Assembly (NCBI RefSeq): GCF_001194135.2
Contig: NC_068984.1
Coordinates: 39,130,657 to 39,194,656, forward strand
From: Octopus bimaculoides
Lineage: Eukaryota
Direction of reading: 5' to 3'
DNA: 64,000 nucleotides
Numbering within the stretch: the stretch's first letter is position 1; every line of letters starts with the position of its first letter. Of the stretch, positions 11,604-25,094 are shown piece by piece. The notes under the pieces are model-generated. The model had not been told where the DNA came from, ran no database searches, and was given only the letters and a program-made list of their open reading frames with translations. The translations under genes and the position numbers were made by a program.

Positions 11604-14600
11604 TATAAAAAATTCATTCTAAAAGTTGACAGAATTTTGTTTTAGAATATTAAAAAAAAAAAAAAATTAGCAAAACATTTATTCTTAAAAAATGAAAGAG
11701 TATTTTATTTCAAAGATCTATGAATTTAATTTTGATTGTTATTCGCCCACATAGGCCTACTCTTGTCCTTTTTTTTTTTTTTTTTTTTTTTTTAGTTATT
11801 TGTACTCCTCTGTGTCCTGCCTCCTTTTACTAAAACCCCCCAAAACATTAGCTTTGGCTTGTATGTTATTGTCATGCAGCCTAGCCTTGCTAGGTAGGTG
11901 TGTTGTTATATCTGGAGTTAAAAGAATGCTTATTCCCAAGTAAACCTAGGAACTCTTCCCTAACTTTTCTTGCTTGACAATAAAAAGAAGGAAAAGAAAC
12001 AGTCTGTCTAGGTGGTTTATAAAGCCAAACTGAACTGTACTAGCAGGCTGTAGCAGCAGTAACAACAACAACAACAGCAGCAGCAGTAGCAGCAGCAGGT
12101 GATAGTTTTTCTAATTCAGGTTTACTTTTAAGTGGCAGCTGGAGATTGTAGTGAAGTCATGGGTGGGGGAAATGTGTGGGTCTTTCCATTCATGCTTGTT
12201 AAAACTCACTATCACTCCCTTCTACTTCTTTGCCACTTTTTTTTAAGAGCAAACCCATGCAGCTTGTAAAGCTCACACCACAGTTTTGTATCTGCTATGA
12301 TTTGCATAATTAATTATATATTCATACATACATACATACACACATACACATACATACATGCACATATTGTTGATTTTTCTTAACATGCATGGCTTTCTGA
12401 GTTTACTGTTAAAAATATTTACATACAACTTTATGTACATAAAAATTAAATTTATTGTTGCTGTTATCATTTTTCTCTTATTTTATTTAATTTATTTTTA
12501 CATTGATATGGAACTAAAATATTTTACATACTACCTTGGCTACATAGGGAAAATGTTTTACTGTCTTTGTGTGAGCTATTTAATTTGAGTAACTCAGCTA
12601 GCCTTGTTTAATAAGCAGAATAATGTGTGGTATATTTGAGTATTTTCATAGTTTTAGATTTAAGTAACTTTTAAAAAGTTAATTTATCCTTTTTCAAATT
12701 CATTTTTAGTTTTAATTTAGGTGTTTGAAAATTATATTTTATCATTGTGTATTGACACCTTTTAGTGTCAATCATGGCTTTTTCATATTTGATTTAATAA
12801 TAACAACTGAAATTTATTAAATAAAAAGTGACTTTCCATGAAAGGTATTATTCAATTTTAAATGCAATTTCTGATATTTGTACCTTTCTTTCTGAGTAGG
12901 AGTTTGATGTGCTTTGAGTCTTTTGGGCTTTCTTTGTTGTAAAGACATGTTTACTATAAAGGTGTGTGATTCCTGGTTGTGCTGGTGGATATTTTATCTG
13001 GGCAAGCTCTTCAGAAAATTTTGGCTTCTATCCTTACTACAGATTCTATTTTCATTTGCAAAATACTCATTCTATTGATTATAAAACCTTTTAATCTGAA
13101 AATGTTTGAGAAAAAAGAAACAAAAAGTGTGTGGTAGTGAGAGGGGAGCAAATAACAAGAATGGGATCAGGGTATAAAATCTCGTTTGTTGACCTGTTGT
13201 AGGTATGTAGATGAAACCGGATGTTTGAAGTATAGTATAACTGATGTGCTTAGAAACTTTCCTTGTGTGCATACTCAAGGCCAATATGCTATAGCTTTCT
13301 AATGCCCAATCTTTTAGTATTTCTAGCCTTCCTAATTCACTTGATAAATTAGAACAAAATATCATCTAGGTAGGGTTTGGTATTGTAAGCAGGTAGATAG
13401 GTGTTTCTCTTTCTTGGCACAATATTTGTTTTTCTTGTGGGCAGTAAATTTCATTGAAAACCTATCACTGCATTGTAATTGATATACTGTTACATGATGA
13501 ATTTCAGAGAGTTGAGTTGATATAATTTTAGATGGACATCAAAGAGTAAAAGCTCGCTTGTGAGTCAAGTTCACAACTGAATATTGGTTCCCATTAGTTC
13601 TGTTTTATTGCAAATCATATTCCATGCTGGGTGAAATGCTTATCGACATTTCGTCTGTTTTTATGTTCTGAGTTCAAATTCCACTGAGGTCGACTTTGCC
13701 TTTCATCCTTTCGGGGTCAATAAATTAAGTACCAGTTGCATACTAGGGTTGAGCTAATCAACTGGTCCCCTTCCCAAAAGTTTCGGGCCTTGTGCCTAGA
13801 GTCGAAAAGAATACTATTAATCATATCCTTAAAACACATATTAAACTCTATTGTTCAGATGACTCTATCAATTGTAGTGTTTCTTCATTTACATTGTTTT
13901 GAATTTATCATGCATTATCTTATATCTTTGAGATATAAAATAGAATATTTGAACTGGACATGACCAGTTTTAAATGCTAAAGACTTAATGTGATAGTTGA
14001 TTTTTTTTTTTTTGCTTGCACATAATGGCTGGCTGGCCTAACATGATACCCAGTTTAACACTATGACCTATTTCTTGGATGTCTTTAGAAAAATTTCAGT
14101 CTGTTGCAAGCATTTGAACTAGACCCCTGGTTCAACCCCTACACATGGTTTTTTACCTGTGGGAATTACCCTGCTGATAGGGCTGAGTATAGGGCCACAT
14201 AAGTCTCCCATTCTAGGAAGAAGTTCTAAGGGAATGAACACTTCTTATTCTTTGATTTACCTTATAAGAAAATTAACAAAAATCATCACAATGCTAGTTC
14301 CAACTAAGTCTTGCACCATCTCTGGGGAGGGACACAACATCAGTGTAACTAAAGCCATATTAAGGAATTTATGAGTTTTTTTTTAGAGCTTAATTATTTT
14401 GTAAGCCTGAGTAGTTTCTGACTAATTACAAAAGGACAATTATGTCCACCATACAGTATGGTTTACTATACCTTTAATTGGAGACCTGAGAAAAATTTTA
14501 AACTACATACAGCCATTGCTCTCTCCCCTCTGCAATAGTCCATCCTTAACTCCTCTCTTATCTGCTACCACTCCCAGTGCCCTCACATATCTACCATAAC

Positions 14601-16796
14601 CCCCCCCCCCCGTATTATACCTATATTTCTCACCATCACTCGCTACTGTTACCTTTCTCCTATCTCTAATCATCTCTCCTCACACTCTTATAAAACTTCC
14701 ACCCCTTGCCTACTCACCCAGTCCAGTTCACTGTATCACTTCATCTATATTTATCCCCTACTCTACCTTGAGGGTATGTCCCCACCCCTAACACATCACC
14801 ACTAACATTTCTTTCACACTGTCTCTATATCTTTCCAACTCTTTGCCTTTTTTTTTTTATCTTTCTCTCTAACTCTCTCCTTTCTTTTCCAAATTGGGTA
14901 TCCTTGTATTTTCTCTACAGCAAGACACCTATCTCTGTCCCTCTATTATTTTTTAACCTGCCATCAGCTGGCACAAAACTTCCTCCCTCAATTATACTCC
15001 TTCTCCCAGTCAAGAGGTTTTTGTCTTGCAAGTTACTTGGTGACCCAAATGATGTTGGTGCCATGAAAAGAAGCATCCAGTACACTCTGTAAAGTCGTTG
15101 TCATTAGGAAGGGCATCCCACCATAGAAACCAACCAAAGTAGGCAACAGAGTTTGGCGCAGTCCTCTGGCTTGCACTATACAAGGGAGACGACTGCATTG
15201 ATATTGATATGTAATGCATGTGGATGATAGATGGTTACAAAAGAGTCAGAAGATTAAAGTGGAAAGAAGCTATAGTAGAAGACCAAGTGATACATGAGCA
15301 GAAGTTGTGAAAATTGATTTCAGGATTATTGACTGAGATGTAGTGTGTTGGAAACCCATCCAACCCAAATAAGCATGAAAATGTAGATGTTAAAATGATG
15401 ATGGTGATGATGATGATGATGATGATGATGAAATTTCTGATTCATTGTTAGGCTGTATCCTCTTTATTGTCTCCTGTAATACTTCAACTATTTGCTTGCT
15501 CTGTGACACTTTCAGCTCAACATAGCAATTTTTTTTTAACACCCATACTGTAGCCCGTTTCCTATGACTTGTGCTTTTTCTGTTTCTTCATTCCCAAAGC
15601 TTTATCTCTTTCTAGTGGAGCCTTTAGGTTCTGATTTTTCTACTTTAACTAACATAATAATAGGGAGAAGACAAACAATGAATATGTCTGAAGGATGCTG
15701 TGCTACATTACTGAAGGAATGAGCAATAAAGTTAAACTATAAGTGCTTGAAAAAATGAAATAAAGCAGATTGACCACATTAATTTTGGAGCAAGGTCAAA
15801 ACTTGAGTTAGTTTTAAAAAAAGCTTCTGAAAATTAAAAGCATCAGGAATTCACGTGATATGAATATTTAGTAAGAATGAATAAGACTGGTGAGAAAACT
15901 TTGCTATGAGGTTATTATGACCTAATCAAGAGTAAGGGTTAACAAACTGAATGACAAGGGATAGGTGAGGAGGCATTAAAGCATAACAGTTCATGCCAGC
16001 ATGGACAGTTAGATATCAACAATACATGTAAAATATTAGAGCTGGATTTATCTTTGTAGCTACATTGGTGTGAAATTATTCTTTTTCTGTTTTTGACCTA
16101 CTTTACTGATAGGCCAGGTACTGACTGGTCATTTAGGAAATAAGTTCAAGATTTTTTTCAGATTACCAGCCTCCACAGTTGATTGTAGACTTACATTGTG
16201 CTGTAGTCTGTATTGTTTGAGAAAAACCCTTGAAATGGAAACTGAACACCTTTTGTTAAGTAAGTCAAATAAAAGTGTTTTGTTCTCAAAATAAGTGGTG
16301 CTCTAAGATGTATTTTAATATCCTTATATCTGCAATAAAGTATGTTACGCTGTTGCTACTTCACAAAGGTTGGATAGTAGCTCTCACATTACTTAGTAGA
16401 ATCAAAATTTGCTGCTCTAACTTCAAAAGTAATTTTAGATTACTATTTAAAATATATATTTGTTTTTTGAAGAAGATAATATCATGGCTACTTTAGGAGT
16501 AATCTAGGCATCACTATTCTTTGATGCTGTATTTCTTAAACTTATTCTTAATATATGAATAACCAACTCATGGATTAATTTACTTAGCACTTAGAAAATA
16601 TATCAAAACTATTTATGTTCAACTATGATGCTGTTATTTCTTATACCAAGATGGGATGGCTGAATTCATAGAGAGCTTAATATTTATTGAATTTAGTGAC
16701 TTAATATGCTATCTTTTTTTTCTTTCTTTCTGTCTCTCTCTCTCTTTCACTCCCTCTTACTCTCTCACATATACATGTGTGTGTGTATAATATATG

Positions 16797-16827
<31 letters not shown>

Positions 16828-16852
16828 ATATATGTATATACATCATATATAC

Positions 16853-16883
<31 letters not shown>

Positions 16884-17251
16884 GGACTGGATTGGATTGA
16901 CTATATAAGACTGGGTTGGATTGTAGTGCAATCCTATATTAGATTGCACTGCAGGGCCTCAGATGTTCTCTCCACCAACCATGGCCTGATGTAGAGGCCG
17001 TGAATTAGAGCTTGAGGTCATACTGGTTTGATGAGTCTAAACTGTCACACTAGTTTGACATGGCTTGGCAGAAGGATGCAGTTTTTTTATACTCTTGCCC
17101 ATGAGTAGTTAAGTTGATTACATCAACTCCAGTATTCAACTGATACTTATTTTATTGACCCCAAAAAGATGAAAGGCAAAGTTGACCATGGCAGAATTTG
17201 AACAAAATACCACTAAGCATTCTGCCTGGCATGCTAAAAATTCTGCCAGCT

Positions 17252-17287
<36 letters not shown>

Positions 17288-17406
17288 TGGCACCTTGGGC
17301 AAGTGTCTTCTACTATAGCCTCGGGCCGACCAAAGCCTTGTGAGTGGATTGGTAGACGGAAACTGAAAGAAGCCCGTCGTATATATGTATATATATATAT
17401 ATATAT

Positions 17407-18366
17407 NNNNNNNNNNNNNNNNNNNNNNNNNNNNNNNNNNNNNNNNNNNNNNNNNNNNNNNNNNNNNNNNNNNNNNNNNNNNNNNNNNNNNNNNNNNNNN
17501 NNNNNNNNNNNNNNNNNNNNNNNNNNNNNNNNNNNNNNNNNNNNNNNNNNNNNNNNNNNNNNNNNNNNNNNNNNNNNNNNNNNNNNNNNNNNNNNNNNNN
17601 NNNNNNNNNNNNNNNNNNNNNNNNNNNNNNNNNNNNNNNNNNNNNNNNNNNNNNNNNNNNNNNNNNNNNNNNNNNNNNNNNNNNNNNNNNNNNNNNNNNN
17701 NNNNNNNNNNNNNNNNNNNNNNNNNNNNNNNNNNNNNNNNNNNNNNNNNNNNNNNNNNNNNNNNNNNNNNNNNNNNNNNNNNNNNNNNNNNNNNNNNNNN
17801 NNNNNNNNNNNNNNNNNNNNNNNNNNNNNNNNNNNNNNNNNNNNNNNNNNNNNNNNNNNNNNNNNNNNNNNNNNNNNNNNNNNNNNNNNNNNNNNNNNNN
17901 NNNNNNNNNNNNNNNNNNNNNNNNNNNNNNNNNNNNNNNNNNNNNNNNNNNNNNNNNNNNNNNNNNNNNNNNNNNNNNNNNNNNNNNNNNNNNNNNNNNN
18001 NNNNNNNNNNNNNNNNNNNNNNNNNNNNNNNNNNNNNNNNNNNNNNNNNNNNNNNNNNNNNNNNNNNNNNNNNNNNNNNNNNNNNNNNNNNNNNNNNNNN
18101 NNNNNNNNNNNNNNNNNNNNNNNNNNNNNNNNNNNNNNNNNNNNNNNNNNNNNNNNNNNNNNNNNNNNNNNNNNNNNNNNNNNNNNNNNNNNNNNNNNNN
18201 NNNNNNNNNNNNNNNNNNNNNNNNNNNNNNNNNNNNNNNNNNNNNNNNNNNNNNNNNNNNNNNNNNNNNNNNNNNNNNNNNNNNNNNNNNNNNNNNNNNN
18301 NNNNNNNNNNNNNNNNNNNNNNNNNNNNNNNNNNNNNNNNNNNNNNNNNNNNNNNNNNNNNNNNNN
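17407..18366. other. Largest assembly gap; others at about 3494, 6253-6555, 19226-19488, 22891, 29800-29963, 40261-40424, 41472-41748, 42360-42585, 47633-47958 and 62668-62767
   Basis: Runs of N, usually flanked by microsatellites. Confidence 0.99.
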
Positions 18367-18402
<36 letters not shown>

Positions 18403-19074
18403 AGCACATCTGTGTGTGTGTGTGTGTGTTTGTGGATGTGTTTTCTTGTGTTGGCATTGCTGGATTCCTGTAAACGAGTGTCACCATCATAGAAGTGGTG
18501 TCATTTATTTCCAGTCTTCTGTGAAAACATGTCATGTCTTGAGGAACAATTACCTTGCTTGGGAACTAGTGTGGGTTGGTGACAAGAAGGACATCTGGCT
18601 GGAGAAAATCTGTCTCATTGAATTCTATCTTCTCTATGCATGAGAAAATAGTGTATAAATATATATTTGATAGACTAATCTAAATGCTAAAGGATTGAGA
18701 CTTTTCTACTTCTGAATTTAACTTTTTTAATGCAGTCTTGGCTAAGTTATTATAAAGACAAGAATGTTGGAGAAATAATCCTGATAAACATGGCTAAGCT
18801 TATAGAATAGGAGTTAGAGAAAGAGAGAAGAAAGATCTGTTAACACATACTATGACAGAACACACTGACAAGCTCTTAATTTGGTTGACACATAATAGAT
18901 GGAGTTTGTCTAAAGTGTTCTAAATTGACATTATAAATTAAGAATTAAGAGTTACAAATCTGCATTATACTTGTGCTATGCTGTGCTCTTATATTTATGC
19001 CATTTTGAACTTGGTACAGAAGAAAGATTAGAATAGTGGGAGTGGTGGAGTATGAAACTAACGTCACTCATTGA

Positions 19075-19106
<32 letters not shown>

Positions 19107-19112
19107 ATATAT

Positions 19113-19156
<44 letters not shown>

Positions 19157-19659
19157 TACACTTTATCGTGCAGTTACTGTTAATACTTCATTTAGAGAAT
19201 TAACATATATATATATATATATATANNNNNNNNNNNNNNNNNNNNNNNNNNNNNNNNNNNNNNNNNNNNNNNNNNNNNNNNNNNNNNNNNNNNNNNNNNN
19301 NNNNNNNNNNNNNNNNNNNNNNNNNNNNNNNNNNNNNNNNNNNNNNNNNNNNNNNNNNNNNNNNNNNNNNNNNNNNNNNNNNNNNNNNNNNNNNNNNNNN
19401 NNNNNNNNNNNNNNNNNNNNNNNNNNNNNNNNNNNNNNNNNNNNNNNNNNNNNNNNNNNNNNNNNNNNNNNNNNNNNNNNNNNNNNNNTAATATCAGTTA
19501 CCTGGTATTAAATTGATATTAATTAATATCCAATTTTTTACCCCATTGTTTAATTTATATATATATATATATATATAAAGATAAATTAAATATAGAGATA
19601 TTCTATTGAGATTCAATAATTTATTTATATTACAATATTAGATTAAATACTCTGAATAT

Positions 19660-20725
19660 AATCATCATCATCATCATCATCATTTAACGTCCGCTTTCCA
19701 TGCTGGCATGGGTTGGAGGATTTGACTGGGGACTGGCTAAGCGGATGGCTACACCAGACTCCACTCTGATTTGGTAGAGTTTCTACAGCTGGATGCCCTT
19801 CCTAATGCCAACCACTCTGAGAGTGTAGTGGGTGCTTTTACGTGCCACCGGCATGAGGGCCAGTCCAGTGGTACTGGCAACAGCCACGCTCAAATGGTGT
19901 TTTTTATGTACCACCTGCACAGGAGTCAGTCCAAGTTTTGTTCACATGCCACCGGCACAAGTGCCAGTAAGGCGAAGATGGAAATGATTGCGCTCAAATG
20001 GTGCTTTTTATGTGCCACCGGCACGGGAGTAAGACCGTTGCTCTGGCAGTGATCCCACTTGGATGGTGCTGTTAGCGCTCCACTGGCACGGATGCCAGTC
20101 ATCAAATTTGGTTCAGTTTTGATCTCACTTGCCCCAAAAGGTCTTCACAAGCAGGGTTTTGTGTCCAAAGAAGGAAAGGTATGCGTAAGTGGGATGGCCA
20201 CACCCCTGGTAAAGGCCACGGGTTATGGTCTCACTTGTCTTGTCGGGTCTTCTCACGCACAGCATATTTCCACAGGTCTCGGTCACTAGTCATTGCCTCG
20301 GAGAGGCCTAATGTTCGAAGGTTGTGCTTCACCACTTCATCCCAGGTTTTCTTGGGTCTACCTCTTCCACAGGTACCCTCAACTGCTAGGCTGTGGCACT
20401 TTTTCACATAGCTATCCTCATCCATTCTCGCCAAGTGACCATACCAATGCAATCGTCTCTCTTGCACACCACAACTGATGCATCTTAGGTTCAACTTATC
20501 TCCCAAGGTACTTACACTCTGTCGAGTATGCACACTGACAATACACATCCATCGGAGCTTTCTGGCTTCATTCCTTGTGAGCTTACGCATGTCCTCAGCA
20601 GTCACAGCCCATGTTTCACTGCCATGTAGCATGGCTGTTCATACACATGCATCATACAGTCTGACTTTTACTCTGAGCGAGAGGCCTTTGTCACCAGCAG
20701 AGGTAAGAGCTCTCTGAACTTTGCC
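19660..20725 (-). mobile_element. 5'-truncated RTE LINE
   Basis: ORF 20231-20632 (MLHGSETWA...WYGHLARM...GRGRPKKTWDE) followed by the shared 3' UTR and tail. Confidence 0.9.
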
Positions 20726-22836
20726 CATTAGTTAGGATCATTAGTTTAACACCTATCATCTAGTTTTTTTTTCTTTAAAATATTGAAAGTTAACCTTTAC
20801 CTTTGTTTAGTTCTCTTTTTTTTGTTTTTTCTTTAAGTAGCATTATAATATGTTCTCCCCTGAAGGGAGAACTTTATTTTATTGCTGATAACATTCCTAG
20901 TTGAATTGGTTCATCTTCTCAAAAGTGTACTGCCCAAAGTCACAACAAAATACCTACTGTGGAATTGAACTTCAAATATATGATCTAGTAGTGCACTATT
21001 ATATCGTCTCAGTCAGTTTTATTATGTATAGTTTTGAATACATATATTCATAGATGTATTCATATATGAATACATATACACATAAAGACTTTGTAGGTTT
21101 TTATTTGTATTTCTGTTTTGATTCTTGGTTTCACATGTAGTTTCATTCAGTTGATAGTTTCTTTTATGTCATGTATAGTATGTCTTCATTCTGTTATCAG
21201 AGAGAGAATTATATTTTCAATGATTTATGTTAGGCTGCAATGCTGTACACTTTACATTGATAAAAAAGACTTAACTATCACATATGTACCATTTAGCAAT
21301 GACCTGAGATGAGAAGGAGCAGCATGTCTACTTCCTATCACATATGTTATGTCTCTTTAGGTGAAACTTCTTTTTATTTTGTATGCAAATGTGAGCAATT
21401 GTTTTGCATTTTCAATTAGGGTTTTTGTTCTTTTCTTTACTTTGAAACCAATCTTTCCTAATCTGGCTTCTCTCACAGACAAAGCTTTGTTAGATACATA
21501 TTTGTTAATCATTCATTCTATACCTTCATGCCTTTATTATTTTTACTTGAAGCCTATTCCACTTTACAGGAGGCTTCAGTGAAATATCAAGTTTGTGTAT
21601 TATCAGAGGCGTGTGTGTTCTAAATAATATAATGGGCATTGATTTAGCACTTTTTATTCAGTGTTATCCTTATATTTCTGATTTTTATGATATCAAGACA
21701 GTTTGTAGTCTGTTGTTTCTGCAGTAAATTTCTTTAACTGATATATTGCAACCTATTTATGGGCTACTTTCTCTTTCCTCTTATATAACTAAAATTTAAA
21801 TAATGAAATATGAGGTTAAGAAAAGCATATATTTTGCCTATATATGCCATGTACAGTTCAGGCTCTTGGTTAATAAAATTCCAATTGCTTATTTTCAATA
21901 TTTTCTCTTAAAAGCTAGCACACATTTTGTCTCAATGCTGTTATAAAAGACTATCTCATAAAAGAACACATTATTTGTTTATACTTTATTCCCTCTGTTT
22001 AACTTTATTCAAAGACATCTATCTATTTTAAGAATATTAATAGTATTTAAATAATTTATTCTCATAGTTTTCATAAGAATAACTATTAGCTACATGTAAA
22101 AATAAAAATACTGTCTGTTATGACTGTCTGACACAGTTTTTATGATACAAGTTCTGTAGAATCTTATATTTGTATATTTAAAACATTTGTTTTCTTCTTT
22201 CCTTCTGCTCTTTTGTTCTGTTCCTATCTTTACTCAACATGCAGCATTTTGTATATAAAAGTTGTAACAAAAAAGGAACAGTTGAATGTGATTCAGTGCA
22301 TATTCGACTTAGTGGATAAAAATATGTTTATTGAATTAAAATTGGGAAAATTGGTAGTAATTTCAGTTAATGTCTGTGTAATTAACTTCCATTAAGTTTA
22401 TTTTCCTACCCTTTTTTATTCTTATTTGGTATGTTTTAACATTGTGTGTGTATATGTGTGTCTCTGTGTGTGTATACAAGTATACATATATTATATATCA
22501 TCATTATACTTCTGTTTTCCATGCTGGTATAATTTTGATGGGTTGTCATGGTCTAAGTTCGTTCCTATTTGGAATTACTGTGTTCCGAGATGCTTGTATG
22601 TTTCATTTGGCATGGTTTCTACGACTGGATGTCCTCCTTATCACCAACCACTTTACCAAGTAAACTGGGGTAATTTTATTGTGGCATTAGCATTAGAGAT
22701 ATTGTCATCTCCTCGACAAAACTAAAGTGTCCTCTCTGCTCCAAGATATCTCCATTTGTTCAAGGCAGACATGACTGAGAGAGTGAGTAGAAGAAAAAAT
22801 ATAACTACGAATGTTATATGATGAGAAAGGACTTAC

Positions 22837-22890
<54 letters not shown>

Positions 22891-22940
22891 NNNNNNNNNN
22901 AAATATAACTACGAATGTTATATGATGAGAAAGGACTTAC

Positions 22941-22983
<43 letters not shown>

Positions 22984-23614
22984 TTTATATACATCATCAT
23001 CATCATCATTTAACGTTCGCTTTCCATGCTAGCATGGGTTGGACAATTTGACTGAGGACTGGTGAACCAGGTGGTTACACCAGGCTCCAATCTGATTTGG
23101 CAGAGTTTCTACAGCTGGATGCCCTTCCTAACACCAACCACTCCAAGAGTGTAGTGGGTGCTTTTACGTGCCACCTGCACGAAGGCCAGTCAGGCCACAC
23201 TCAAAATGGTGTCTTTTACGTGCCATCGGCACAAGTGCCAGGGCACCGGTGCCATCACGATTATATCCAAATTGAGGGTGTGGAGCAGATAAAATTCAGT
23301 CTACATATGTTTTCTTGCTAGCAGATCCTCTGATGTAATAATTACTCAATGAGGGGTACTGAGCTAGCTATTCATCAGGCTGAAGATACCTAAATTATAT
23401 GAAGGTCACGTTGTTGTTAAAGAATCCCAAGTTAATTCGCCAAAGATCTAATTTGAAACCATGAGCTATAAAAAAATTCTTTCAGCTTATTGAACTTCAA
23501 TATGGGAAAAGCCTACAATCCTTGTCAATGAATTATTATTGTTCCTGAACATTGATTTTTTTTTAATATCTACCATGGCCTGTTTGAAGCTTACAAACTT
23601 CCTACACTTAGATG

Positions 23615-24105
23615 CTTGGATTTTATAATTACATATATATGAGGCTGCACCGAGAGTGTAATAGCTAGAATAAGAATAGGATGGAGGAAATTCAGAGAGT
23701 TGTTACCTCTGTTGGCCATGAAAAGTTTCTCTCTCCGAGTGAAAGGAAGATTGTATGAAGCATGTATATAGACAACAATTCTATGTGGTAGTGAGATGTG
23801 GGCTCTGAATGCAGAGGACGTACGAAGGTTAGAAAGGAATGTGACTAGTATGTACCGCTGGTGTGTAATGTAAGTGTTCATGTTCAACAGAGTGTCAGTG
23901 TTCTGAGAGAGAAGACTGCGCTGGTTTGGTCATGTGATGCAGATGGATGCCAACAGCTCCATAAAAAAGTGCCAATCTCTTGAAGTAGATGGAACACGTG
24001 GAAATGGAAGACCCAGGAAGACATGGGATAAGTATGTCCTCAGGACGCTGAACCTTTCAGGTGAGATGACAGAGGACTGAGATACCTGGTACCTTGCTGT
24101 ACCAA
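23615..24105 (+). mobile_element. Diverged RTE C-terminal fragment
   Basis: Similar to the ARIRIxWxKFRELLPLL...LxWFGHV...GRPRKTW region of the other copies. Confidence 0.75.
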
Positions 24106-24292
24106 ATTTATTTAAATTTGGTCACTATATGGAAAAAGGTAGAAAAAGAAAATATATTCTTCACATGAATATGCTTCTATATTTATGTTAGTTTGAAATT
24201 TCTAGAAATGTGCTAAGTCTGATTACCTACAACATACTATCAAGAATTTGGGAGTGGGGTTGTATTCATCGTGTTTCACTTTACAGCACAAC

Positions 24293-24329
<37 letters not shown>

Positions 24330-24334
24330 TAACA

Positions 24335-24834
24335 CAGTGTTTCTCAACCTTTTGTTAGCTCAGTTCCCCCTTTCACAGAATGGCATTTATAAATGTCCCT
24401 CAACATATTTTACATTAAAACAAACAAATAAAAATCAACAGATTTCTTTTAATCAAACAGAAACTAATTTTGCTCTGTGTTTTACTATCCTGCTCAATAG
24501 GTGCCTCTTTTCAGATATTTGCATGGAGCAGTTCCACCTATATTAAATTTTTATGGGAATTACTAAAGAAGGTGAGGACTTATGTAGTGAAATTATATTG
24601 GACCTTGGTGCATCATTGTTCATGCTTCTCGTTAGTGAATACAGTGCCATTCAGACAAAAAAAAAAAAAAAAATCCAAATTTATTTAAAATATAAGCATT
24701 GTACCAAGCATCAATATTTTATTTGAAGAAAACCAGGATCCCTCTAAACACCCAGTACCCTCTAGATATTTGCCACTGCACTGTGAGCTAATAGTGCCTC
24801 CTACAGGGCACTACTCCTAAGTTAAGAAATACTG
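24335..24834. mobile_element. hAT-like MITE
   Basis: TIRs cagtgtttctcaacct / aagttaagaaatactg; 8-bp TSD ttttaaca / ttttaac(t). Confidence 0.75.
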
Positions 24835-25094
24835 TTTTAACTCTTTTGATATCAACTAATAGAACCAGACTATTTCTGGTTCTATGATACAAAATCGTTC
24901 ATTTTGAAGCATAAGACCTTTTTTAATTATGTTCCAAAGAGTAGTTTTAATACACCAACAAATGATAAAAATGGTTTGTTGTATTAAATCTTTGTAAGTT
25001 CTTATTTATTTTCAAAATCAATTGAGAGATAAGCAGTATATTTTTTAAGAAATATAGTCATAAAAAGGTAAAATAGATATATATATATACCAAA

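Noticed and set aside
17198-18535. Long ORFs in the track (also at 6109-6616, 19071-19511, 41374-42705, 47598-48084)
   Set aside because: They are open only because they run through N gaps and microsatellites.
22796-22980. Direct duplications flanking gaps (also 3464-3531 and 29745-30015)
   Set aside because: Identical sequence on both sides of an N run indicates unmerged contig overlap, not biology.
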